DNA of 42,131 bases from Macrostomum lignano (taxonomy: Eukaryota), in contig NIVC01004555.1 in the NCBI GenBank assembly GCA_002269645.1, positions 1 through 42,131 of the forward strand, given 5' to 3'. Positions 1-10,350 of this stretch are shown here, piece after piece (the stretch's first letter is position 1; each line of letters starts with the position of its first letter). A program made the translations under genes and the position numbers. The notes under the pieces are model-generated. The model saw nothing but the letters and a program-made list of their open reading frames with translations. It ran no database searches and was not told the DNA's origin.

Positions 1-800
1 TGCCTGCGATGCTAAAATGAGTGCCTGCGATGCTAAAATGAGTGCCTGCGATGCTAAAATGAGTGCCTGCGGCGCTAAAATGAGTGCCTGCGGCGTTAAA
101 ATGAGTGCCTGCGGCGCTAAAATGAGTGCCTGCGGCGCTAAAATGAGTGCCTGTGGCGCTAAAATGAGTGCCTGGGGAGCTAAAATGAGTGCCTGCGGCG
201 CTAAAATGAGTGCCTGCGGCGCTAAAATGAGTGCCTGTGGCGCTAAAATGAGTGCCTGGGGAGCTAAAATGAGTGCCTGCGGCGCTAAAATGAGTGCCTG
301 GGAGCTAAAATGAGTGCCTGTGGCGCTAAAATGAGTGCCTGCGGAGCTAAAATGAGGGCCTGTGGCGCTAAAATGAGTGCCTGCGGCGTTAAAAAGGGTG
401 TCTGCGGCGCTAAAATGAGTGCCTGCGGCGTTAAAATGAGTGCCTGCGGCGTTAAAATGAGTGCCTGCGGCGCTAAAATGAGTGCCTGCGATGCTAAAAT
501 GAGTGCCTGCGGCGCTAAAATGAGTGCCTGCGGCGTTAAAATGAGTGCCTGCGGCGCTAAAATGAGTGCCTGCGGCGTTAAAATGAGTGCCTGCGGCGCT
601 AAAATGAGTGCCTGCGATGCTAAAATGAGTGCCTGCGATGCTAAAATGAGTGCCTGCGATGCTAAAATGAGTGCCTGCGATGCTAAAATGAGTGCCTGCG
701 GCGCTAAAATGAGTGCCTGCGGCGCTAAAATGAGTGCCTGCGATGCTAAAATGAGTGCCTGCGGCGCTAAAATGAGTGCCTGCGGCGCTAAAATGAGCGC
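1..800. repeat. 21-bp minisatellite (GCTAAAATGAGTGCCTGCGGC)n, about 38 copies, runs off window start
   Basis: Direct tandem periodicity; explains the MSACGAK and ALILAPQ repeat ORFs. Confidence 0.97.
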
Positions 801-2156
801 TGACAACACCGATTCTGAAAATATTGTACATGTAATAAGAATTTAGTCATGTACAATTGTACGTGTATAATTATTGGCTTTGTCCCCCACCATAAATCCA
901 TGGCGACGCGCCCCTGCAGGTATACACCAAGGACGACTTAAGTAGAAGGACGGGAAACCTCGTTTCTTGGAAAATTTTTAAAGGCAGGTTTTTTCCGAAA
1001 AAAATACACTACGGAGATAGGAAGTTTTCATTTTTTCAGCACAAAAATTGTTATTGCTTTTGATAGGGACGCAGATCCAGTGTTCATCTTTTGATATGTT
1101 GTGCCTTTCTCATTGCTTTATCGATTTTAATTAAGCTTTTCATTCAGAAAATTAGGATTCTATGTTTATTTTTTATTTTACGTACATTCACTGTGCCTAA
1201 AAATCATAAAAAATAAATGGCAAAGCTCCAATCATTGGTTTTATGAATTCATTTTATCATCCCTGCTACACATATTGCTAGACATTCAGCTAACAATGAT
1301 AAAAATAGACTCATAAAAGCAAAGTAGCTGAGCTGTGCCATTTTATTAGTTTTTAGGCACAAGACACGTGCAAATGTACGTAGAATAAAAATTAACATAG
1401 AATCCTATTTTTCTGAACGAAAAGCTTTATGAAAACCTTATACAGTACAGTACAGACTCGGCCGACGGGCAGGTTGGCACGATGGTCGGTAGGTCACGGC
1501 GGCGGCTGCAGTCACGGACGATCATTCCAGACAAAACACGTAAGAAGAGAGTTTAAAATAAAGGGGGAGATCAAGAGACAGGGATCAGGTATAGGAAAGA
1601 AAGAGGGAGGATAAAATCAAGACGTGTCGGCTCGAGAGCGGGAGTGTGATGAGTCGGGGGCATGCCGGGGTCTTTTGTGCTCTAGGACCCAAAATGGGCT
1701 CTTATTTATAGCCCAGATATCACGCGTCACGCGATCACGAGAGCGTGATGCGTGATATTGAAGGCCGTGACTTGTCCTTGACCTCCGTTACCAAGCAACC
1801 CCCATGACGTCACCCCGTCGTTAGCCGCGCTGTGATTGGACGAGAAATCGGGGTGGGGCGCGGCGAAGAAGAATATGATACAATGATAGGGATTACGTAA
1901 CAGTCAGGAAAGAGCTTAGAGATAGGGCGTCATAAAACTGTCTCACTTGCCACAAGATTTTAAACAATAAAACGATCGGTGAGGTTGGTGCGCAGGGATT
2001 GAGTTGGGCGACAAGCATGAGTCATCGCGAACTTATCAAACAATGAGTGGTGCAATGATGTACGACGAGTGACACCCATGTGCCTGCTCAACTCGTGGTC
2101 ATGTTAAGACCAGCAACAGCTCTTATCCATTTACTAGTTTTCGAGTACTATGATTG

Positions 2157-3080
2157 GAATTTTGCTTGCCGAAGTTTGCTTGCGGAACTTTGTTTGCAGG
2201 AAATTTGCTTGCAGAAATTTTGCTTGCCGAACTTTTCTTGCGGAATTTTGATGTCTGCTTCCTAGAAATTCGCAATCACAATTGCAAGATTTCAACTTAC
2301 CGAATTATTTTCTTGTCTGCTTGCTTGTTTTGATTGCTTGTGAAGTTGCAGTCAGTCAATTATTACTACTACAGATGCTTTGCAAGTGGATTCTTATCAG
2401 CGTCGACGTAAACTGACTTGACACTGAGCTTTCAAACTAGGCTATATAGAGTTTCATTCTAATTAGTTAGAAATGATGTCATTGCAGGTGTACATAATGT
2501 ACGTTCATTTCCAAAAAATCTATTCTGTACGTTTTGGTGCCTAAATCATTCGATATGTGCATTGTTCGAAATTGTGTCCTACAATTTTTGTTGAAACTGT
2601 ATTTCCAGTAAAAAACTAAATTATTCCATTTCTGCATTAGGGCTTTTCAAATCCGCCATATCCTCATACAAAATCATAACACTCTAGGCGACTTCCACGA
2701 ATCTTAGAAAATAAAAATAAAAATACAAGAGCTCAAAAATAGGTTCTTAGAGGTTCCACAAGAAAACTGTGGCAAGCAAAATTTCTGCAAGCAAAGTTCG
2801 GCAAGCAAGCTCGGCAAGAAAAGTTCAACAGGCAAAATTCCGCAAGCAAAGTTCGGCAAGCAAAACTCCACCAGCAAAGCTCGGCAAGCAAAACTCCACC
2901 AGCAAAGCTCGGCAAGCAAAGTTCAGCAAGCAAAATTCGGCAAGCAAAGTTCGGCAAGCAAAGTTCGGCAAGCAGACTTCGGCAAGCAAATTTCCGCAAG
3001 CAAAAGTCCCGCAAGCAAACTTCGGCAAGAAAACTTCTCGCAAGCAAACTTCGGCAAGCAAACTTCTCGCAAGCAAATTT
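2157..3080. mobile_element. Foldback-like element: inverted arms made of ~13-bp tandem units (TTTGCTTGCCGAA left ~2157-2250; TTCGGCAAGCAAA right ~2765-3080) around a ~500-bp spacer
   Basis: Left and right arrays are reverse complements at unit level; no coding capacity or TSD seen. Confidence 0.55.
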
Positions 3081-3138
3081 CATAGACCCGATTGCTCATG
3101 TTCAAATTCTCCGAATGCCCCGTAATGGCTAGGTAATA

Positions 3139-3427
3139 GGTAATGGCTTGAGTTCCGGCACCGGAACCCGTTTTCTAACAGCTAGGGATCCGGCAGTGCC
3201 GTATAGAAGCGTATAAAGACTGCTAAGAACATATCTAAGAAGTCTGGATATTAGAAGCATCTCGTCCCGAATCTTATCATATTGTCTTAAATTTTAATCT
3301 AGAACAAAATCTCAATATCAGCCCCATCTAGAAAGAAAAATATAATGTTCCATCTATATTATAATGGCACTGCCGGATCCGTAGCCGTTAGAAAATGGGT
3401 TCCGGTGCCGGAACTCTAGCCATTGCC
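3139..3427. mobile_element. MITE-like element, ~60-bp terminal inverted repeats (3139-3200 / 3366-3427)
   Basis: GGTAATGGCTTGAGTTCCGGCACCGGAACCCGTTTTCTAACAGCTAGGGATCCGGCAGTGCC matches the reverse complement of the right arm with ~5 mismatches; no TSD found. Confidence 0.7.
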
Positions 3428-4008
3428 GTCTAAAATACAACAAAATTTAAAGGACTTAAAGTTTTAATTTAAAAACAGTTTACTATACTCAAATTTTTTA
3501 GATTAGGCAAGCAGTTTAACATTGCTTTTGCACAAAATTTGAAAAAATATTTATTTGCTGTTAGTAATTCGTTTGAAATACTCTGGAATTTTTAGTTTAT
3601 TGAATCGAAACAATTTTTTCCTGGTCGCGTTAAGTGAACTAAAAACTGTTATTATTATGGTGGCTACTATTACTACAAATAAAATAAACGACGGTAACAG
3701 CGCGGTCGACTAGATCAGCGTAAAGTAATTTCTAAAAAACTTTATAAAATATTTTTGTCACGTTAGTGCAGGTAAGTGTTATCTTTTTTGGTTTATTTAA
3801 TGTGAAAATGCAATAAATAACTTTAAACAAGTCTGTCAATGTCTTAAGCTGTAGCCTGTAGGGCCTATATATTCAATGCAAAAGTTATTTGGCTTTGTAG
3901 TGTATGTGCCTAGATTCTACACACATGGAGACTATGCCAAAATTTCACTCTATGCCAATTTGTATACCAATCTGAATCTGAATCAGCCAATATGGTAATA
4001 GTTATGCC

Positions 4009-4644
4009 AGTGCTTATCCCCACAGTCCCATGCCGATAATTCCAATTTTATTCACACGGATCTGTGTTGATAATTTCCAGCTTATCCCCATGGCAGCTTA
4101 TCGGAATAGAGAACCTTGAAATGAATCTATTCAAAACCATATATTTGTTTTCACTGTTTTACAAATCTTCTAAGTAAACTATTGAATACTGAATTTGGCA
4201 AGCAAACTTTGCTTGCCAAAATATCAAGTACTTTGTTAAAACTTTTTGTCATTAAAAGGGTTTGGCCTTATTTTAAATATATTTGCTTATCTGTTGTTGG
4301 CTTTGCTTAGATTAGAATGACTAAACAGACCCTAAGATTGAGGCAAATGAGACTTGCAATTTGCAAAATTCAAAAGTCTAAAACTCAATAATAATAATGT
4401 CAATGAGTAATAATACTAATAATAATAACAATATCAGTTTAACATCCACACAAAAATAAACACAAACAATTGCACAAACTTAGCTATGGGGATAAGCTAA
4501 AAATTATTGACATGGCCTATAGACTTGAATGGTGGCAGCTATTTCAATAAGCCGCCATGGGGATAAGCTGGAAATTATTGACACGGATCTATATGGATAA
4601 AATTGGAATTATTGACATAAGACCATGGTATAGTGATAAGCACT
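4009..4644. mobile_element. Older MITE-like element, ~100-bp diverged inverted repeats (4009-4109 / 4539-4644)
   Basis: ATAATTTCCAGCTTATCCCCATGGC is shared in inverted orientation and flanking alignment extends both ways. Confidence 0.6.
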
Positions 4645-5404
4645 TCCGATAGTTAGGCCTATATGGGATCTATTTAGCCTAGATTTTGGGCTTAGACAAG
4701 ACATTATTTTTTTTAAAAATCAATTATAGAATCATAATCACACTCACAAATAAATAAAGACAACACAGACAAACTATTTTAATTTTAGTATAGATAGGCC
4801 TCTATGCTATAATAGCCTAGGCCTAGTATTTACCTTACAGGGGTAGATTTAGGGGGGGGGGTAGTAGGTTTCCCCAAAATAGCTTAACAGAACATATTGC
4901 GCTCCCTAAAAACCTAAGTTTGTACCCCTTAAACTATATTTTTTGCTCCCAAACACCTTGGCTTATTTGTGCCCTTAAGCTTGACTTTTCATCCTACATG
5001 CATTTTTTGTATCTCTAAGCTTGATTTTTTGCACTCTCTATATAATTTTTGCACCCCTAGCTTGGTGCACTTTATACTCATGTTGGCCCCCAAACTTGGA
5101 CCATTCTCCCCAAAATGAAAATCTTTAAAGAATTACTCTTTTATTTGGCTCTAAAATATCCATGTTTAGGAAATAAAGATGCTAAATAAATCTTTGAAAT
5201 AAACTTTTTATAAATAATTTTTTTTGTAATCAGTATTTTCTAAGAAAGCAATAGTAGTACTTATATGCATTTTTACTTATTGTCTTTAACCTTGCAATTG
5301 CTCTTAGTAGATAAGAAGATCAAATAAAATACCTATATTTTTTCATTGTTTTTCTCTTTTTTCTTTATAATGCTATTTTTAATACACCTTTTTAATCTAT
5401 ATAA

Positions 5405-6287
5405 TAAGGTGGGGGTAGAGAAAAAAGCACTTTAGGGCAGTGGTTGGCTGATTTTCAAAAAAAAATTAACCTTTTAATTGCTGCCATCCTTAACTTGGCA
5501 CTCGTAAAGCTGGAAATTTCATGGAATTGTTCGGTAGATTTTCTCTATAGACATTCTATCTGCCAGGTCCTCAATTCTAAGGGAAGGGTAGTCATAATCA
5601 CAGTTGAGCAGTCTTTAGCAGGCACAGTCATTTAGATAGTAGATACCAAGGTCTTAACACAGTAAAATTTTAATTTTTGCCAATTTGCTTAACTGATTAC
5701 TTTCAGTAAAGTAGCTTTGCCACTGTAATTTTGTATTATGAAACATAGAGATCTCAAAGCTTGTTTGGAATTGAGATAAATTTGCCCGTAGGCAAATGAC
5801 TCAAGATAAACTAATAGGGCTTTGATTATTTAATTTAAATAAATAATGAGTTAGGGTTTATTAGTTATTAAAGTAAGCCAACCAATATTATTGTTATGAC
5901 AAACAAGCAAGATTTTCCAGCTGTGCCAAGGTGCTAAATAAACTAATGGTAATTAAGTAATGGAGCAAAAAGTAGAAAAGGAGTAGCAAATGAGCAATCA
6001 AAAGGAAACAAGAGGACAAGAGGATGCATTTAATGCAGCCAGTCTGGCCATAAGTATTGACAACAAAATTAGTGATGTATAGGACAAACAGTGAGGTGGG
6101 GAATAGGGCAACCAGCAGGGCAACAGGCAGAGTGGGAGGCTATGAGATAGGTCAATGTAGGTACCAATGCAAAAAAGTAAGTAAAACAAAATAAAACATT
6201 GAACGGGTCAATAGTGGGACAGACACAAGAACAAGGAGACCAATGGAATAGACAGACCAAGGATAGGCAATGACAACAGATTTGTCA
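5405..6287 (-). repeat. 3' LTR (883 bp)
   Basis: Direct repeat of 9365-10350; on the minus strand begins TGACA right after the PPT; the other terminus is TA instead of TG on the plus strand. Confidence 0.85.
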
Positions 6288-6302
6288 AAGCCCCCCCCCC
6301 TG
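6288..6302 (-). other. Polypurine tract (minus strand CAGGGGGGGGGGCTT abutting the LTR)
   Basis: C10 run at 6291-6300, 3 nt from the LTR end. Confidence 0.8.
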
Positions 6303-6699
6303 ATGGCGGCATACATGCGCAACTGCTGGCCGATCTGGCCACTGTAAATTATGGTGGACCAGGGGTAAGTCGCAAAAATGCCATCCCAAAGAATACGGAC
6401 GTAGTACTAATTAGATGCTGAGGCATTTAGGCCTAATAAGACAGTCATAATTACTTCTACTGTTTACCCAAAACCATTGCCTTTTGCAAGCACTTCTAGA
6501 TAGCACAAGCTTGGCTCAAACAGCTGACTGCCTTGCAGGTCAGGCTGAGCTGCAGCTGGCTGTTTTGAAGCGGGCTGATTGGCAGGGTCAGCTTTGTTGT
6601 CATCACTCAACTCATAGAGCAGTATTGGCCACTCAGTCTAGTGCAGTGGCTCCTGTAGTCAGTTTGCCATCATCTGCGGCACCTTGATAATGTTTCGAT

Positions 6700-7480
6700 A
6701 TACCAACATCTTAGCTAGGCATCCTAATTGGGCTATTACAAACTTGATCCAGTATGCCACTTTGCCAACTTTCCTCATAACCTTGTATATACTCTTGTAT
6801 AGCCAGTAGAATTTGGGCAGCTTGCCCAATTCGAGCTTTGGGTTGGCCAGGCAGACTAGGTCTCTGGGCTGCAGTTCCGCAGGCTTTGGTTGGTTTTCAT
6901 AGTACTGTTCTTGGTGCTAGATCTCAGCTTGCAGTCACTATTATACAATTTGCTCAGTCTTTGCCAGTCTGTGCTGATGTTTGGCAATTTACTCCAGGAG
7001 ATTAGCCAATATATCTAGGTAGCCTCCATAGACAACATAATGCAGCAAGAATCCAGTAGTATGGTTGACAACTGATCTTAGTGCAGTCAGAGCAGCTGGC
7101 AGCATCTTGTCCCATTGCTGATAATCTTCAAGGAGAAAAGGGAGCACCTTCTTGATGTTTTTGTTGTACAACTCGACTTGTCTATTAGCCTAGGGTTAAT
7201 ATAGCAGTGTTATAGTCTGTCAAATGCCGTATACTTTGCAAAAATGTTGGAACTTATGCCTTGTGAACTGTTTTCCTTGATTGGAATGGATCCATGCAAG
7301 GATTCCACTGATCGGAAACACTTGTTTCTGCATTAGAGTTATTATTGTCTTGGCACCCTGATTTTTCATGGCAAAGGCAAAGGGATACTTCGATATTGTG
7401 TCAACATAGGTCAGGATATACTTGTTGCCTCAGTCTATTGGATCTCAAGTTGGGCCCAGGATATCAATTGTGCATTGCCC
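6700..7480 (-). pseudogene. Gypsy integrase remnant (rve core plus GPY/F-like module) with in-frame stops
   Basis: One frame from ~7480 to 6989 reads IDILGPT*DPID*GNKYILTYVDTISKYPFAF...WIHSNQGKQFT...FCKVYGI*...Y*P*ANRQVELYNKNIK...WDKMLPAAL...TTGF, the D-D-E core pattern; ~6850-6700 reads KLPKFYWLYKSIYKV...VAYWIK. Confidence 0.88.
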
Positions 7481-8287
7481 ATAGATTTCTAGAACTTCTA
7501 GAACTTCTAGAACTATTTCTAGATTTATAGATCTCTAGAACTAGAACTAGATAGCATTAGGAAATTCATTGAACTCATGGCCATGAAGGGGTATAGAGGC
7601 AATCATCATAACCAATGGAGCTCCCTTATTGAGATCTGTGGCCATGAAGTACTTGCTCATGGCTATGATATACTCGCTCTCGGCTATGATGTACTCACTC
7701 TTGGCCGTGACTTTTGGCTTCTGTGTGTCAGACTGTGCCTAAGTTTTTCATCAGAAGCCGATATTTTTTAAGAAGGGCTGGAAGTGATAGATTAATGTGC
7801 ATTTAACCTTAATCTTTGAAAATTAAAGAAACTAGATGTAAAAATCTATCTATTCTTAAATGTAAACTTAGTTGCACAAGAAAGTAAAAGTAAAAAATTA
7901 TTGAGTCATTCAAATCGACTTGCTAAAAGTCAGTTTTGCATGAAGCAAGCTGAATTATAATTTATTTGGGTTAGAGTACTAAAAAACATACCAGAAAAGG
8001 AGATTAAGCCTTCAAAGCATACTTCACTAATCAAGCATACACAGCATTACATTGATAAGATCATCAATATGATAAATTGGGATTAAACATTCAATTAAAC
8101 ATGAACAAAATGACATATTTGGAGTTTAAAGAGTTTAAAAAACCTGCTCAATGGTTTAATTCAATTCCATTGACTTCTTCAAGATGGTGAACTTACTCTT
8201 CCACATATTCACAAACAATGACATAAGATTGTGAATTTTGTCTTGCTCAGCCAATGAGCAAAAGTGGAGCAAAGGATGACTCTCTAC

Positions 8288-8839
8288 TTAATTCATATAG
8301 CTCCTCTTGCTGGGCAGCATGGGATGCGCGCTGCCTGGCCCATTCATTTGTAGGTCTTCAATGACTTGTCGAATTGAGCGCCCAATAGTGCAATTTATAA
8401 ACTGAAGCAATTGTTTATGTTTGGTATACATGTTAAGCATTGTCAAGCAGCCAGCACCAGATTGTGCAATATGTCTAAGTGAAGAATCTAGCTTGTTATC
8501 ATTAGAATTAATAGACTCATCCTCACTTTTTGTCAGAATGATGGTTGTATAGTTGTTGCCATAGTCCTCAATATGTTCATTGTCAACACTGGCATCAGCA
8601 GTTTTGATAGCTGTGCCAATACCAACATCAACACTTTTGACATCTGTGCCAACACCGGCATCTACAGCTATGACAGCTATGCCGACACCAACATCAACAC
8701 TTTTGACATCTGTGTCAACCCTGGCATTTACAGCTTTGATGGCTGTGCCAACACCGACATCAACACTTTCGATGGCTGTGCCAACACCAGCATGAACTGT
8801 TTCAATGGCTGTGCTGACACTGGCATCAACAATCTGCAT
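8288..8839 (-). pseudogene. Low-complexity ORF inside the LTR element with ~9 x 10-aa repeats (VDxGVGTxxx), from a 30-bp tandem at ~8575-8830; function unknown
   Basis: ORF track plus visible 30-bp periodicity; same strand as the element, between PBS and integrase. Confidence 0.4.
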
Positions 8840-9342
8840 TGCTTATCCACGATGATGGTAGCCTCTTTGTCATTGTCAGGTTGGATTGTGACACTGTTGT
8901 TGCTAGAGCTATCATTGCTGCTGCTACTGCTGCTGTCACTGATGTCATTGCTATGATGAATGAATGTTAGATTTCTTTAGATTATTAGACTTTTTACATA
9001 AACTATCTTCATAAACCACATAAACTATCTTTATAAACAAGGACAGTGAGAAGAATGGGCAGATAATTAGTAATTTAGTAACTTCTTGTGCAGCCCTGCA
9101 ACCTTAGTACTTTTATGCCTACACTGATAGCCTGTTTTAGACTGTTTCTAAAACATTATATGACAAATATGACCATGAAAAGGTTGGACTTAACCTGCAC
9201 AGATCATCTTGTCATAGGTTGGTCTTGTAGTTGAATTGTTGGGGCCTGCAGCATTGGCTGTTGTGTCTGCAGCCATTGAGTTAATAGACAAAGCCATCAT
9301 ATAAATTCTAAATGACTTGTCAAATAGGTTTTGGCATCTTGT

Positions 9343-9363
9343 AATCCCACTTAGCTGACACCA
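9343..9363 (-). other. Primer-binding site, tRNA-Leu type (minus TGGTGTCAGCTAAGTGGGATT)
   Basis: Plus strand AATCCCACTTAGCTGACACCA resembles the recalled eukaryotic tRNA-Leu 3' end AATCCCACTTCTGACACCA with a 2-nt insertion; 1 nt from the LTR. Confidence 0.8.
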
Positions 9364-9364
9364 A

Positions 9365-10350
9365 TGAGGTGGGGGCAGAGAAAAGAAAACTTTTGGAGCA
9401 GTGGTTGACCAATTCTTGTAAAAATTCCACCTTCAAATTGCCGCCATCCGTAACTTAGCACTTGTAAAGCTAGAAAGTTTCATTGACTTGTTTGGGTTAA
9501 TTTTCTCCATAGATATTCCATCTGCTGGGTCCTCAATTCCAGGGGGAAGGTAGTCATAATCGCAGTCAAGCAGTCTTTAGCAGGTATAGTCATTTAGATG
9601 GTAGACACCAAGGTCTTGACATTGTAAATTTCAATGTTTGCCAATTTGCTTAACTGATTACTTTCAGTAAAGTAGTGCTGACACTACTATAATTTTGGAT
9701 TAAGATTAAGAAATGTTGAGATCTCCGAGCTGAGCTCATTCAGAGTTGAGATTTGGTTATTATATGTCCCACAGGCAAATGACTCAAGATAAATGAACAG
9801 GGCTTTAATTATTTAATGTGAATAAATAATGAGTTAGGGTTTATTAATTTTTTAAGTAAGCTAACTGATATTATTATTAGGACAAACAAGCAAGATTGCT
9901 CTGGCTGTGCCAAGGGGCTGAATATACTATTGGAAATTAAACAAATGGTTGTGCACTCTCAGTGAGGAAAATAAGAAATAAATAAATAAACTAGTAGTAA
10001 TTAAGTAATGAAGCAAAAAATAAAAAAGGAGAAGAAACAAGCAATCAAAAGGAAACAAGGGGATAAGAGGATGCATGAAATGTGGCCAGTCTAGCCATAT
10101 TAGTATTGACAACAAAATCACCAATGCGTGGGACAAATGGTTGAGTGAGGAATGGGGCAACTAGCAGGGCAACAGGCGGAATAGGAGCCCACGGGATGGG
10201 TCAACACAAGTACCAATGCAGAAAAGCAAGTAAAACAAAATAAAACATTGGATAGGTCAACAGTGGAGACAGACATAGGAACAGGGGTAGGACCAGGGAG
10301 ACCAATGGAAGGGACAGACCAAGGGTGGGCAATGATGTCAGATTTTGTCA
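9365..10350 (-). repeat. 5' LTR (986 bp)
   Basis: TG...CA termini; aligns with 5405-6287 apart from an extra ~70-bp segment near 9925-9990. Confidence 0.85.

Larger units (their letters stand above)
5405..10350 (-). mobile_element. Decayed Ty3/Gypsy-type LTR retrotransposon (LTR-PBS-ORF remnant-integrase-PPT-LTR), RT/RNaseH not visible
   Basis: Two diverged ~0.9-1 kb direct repeats, PBS and PPT in the correct minus-strand positions, integrase core and GPY/F-like remnant between them. Confidence 0.88.

Noticed and set aside
17-846. ORFs encoding MSACGAK / ALILAPQ repeats
   Set aside because: Translation of a 21-bp (3n) minisatellite; no unique sequence or splice context
4836-5150. CAGGGGTAGATTTAGGGGG possible MITE start
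   Set aside because: No matching inverted end found
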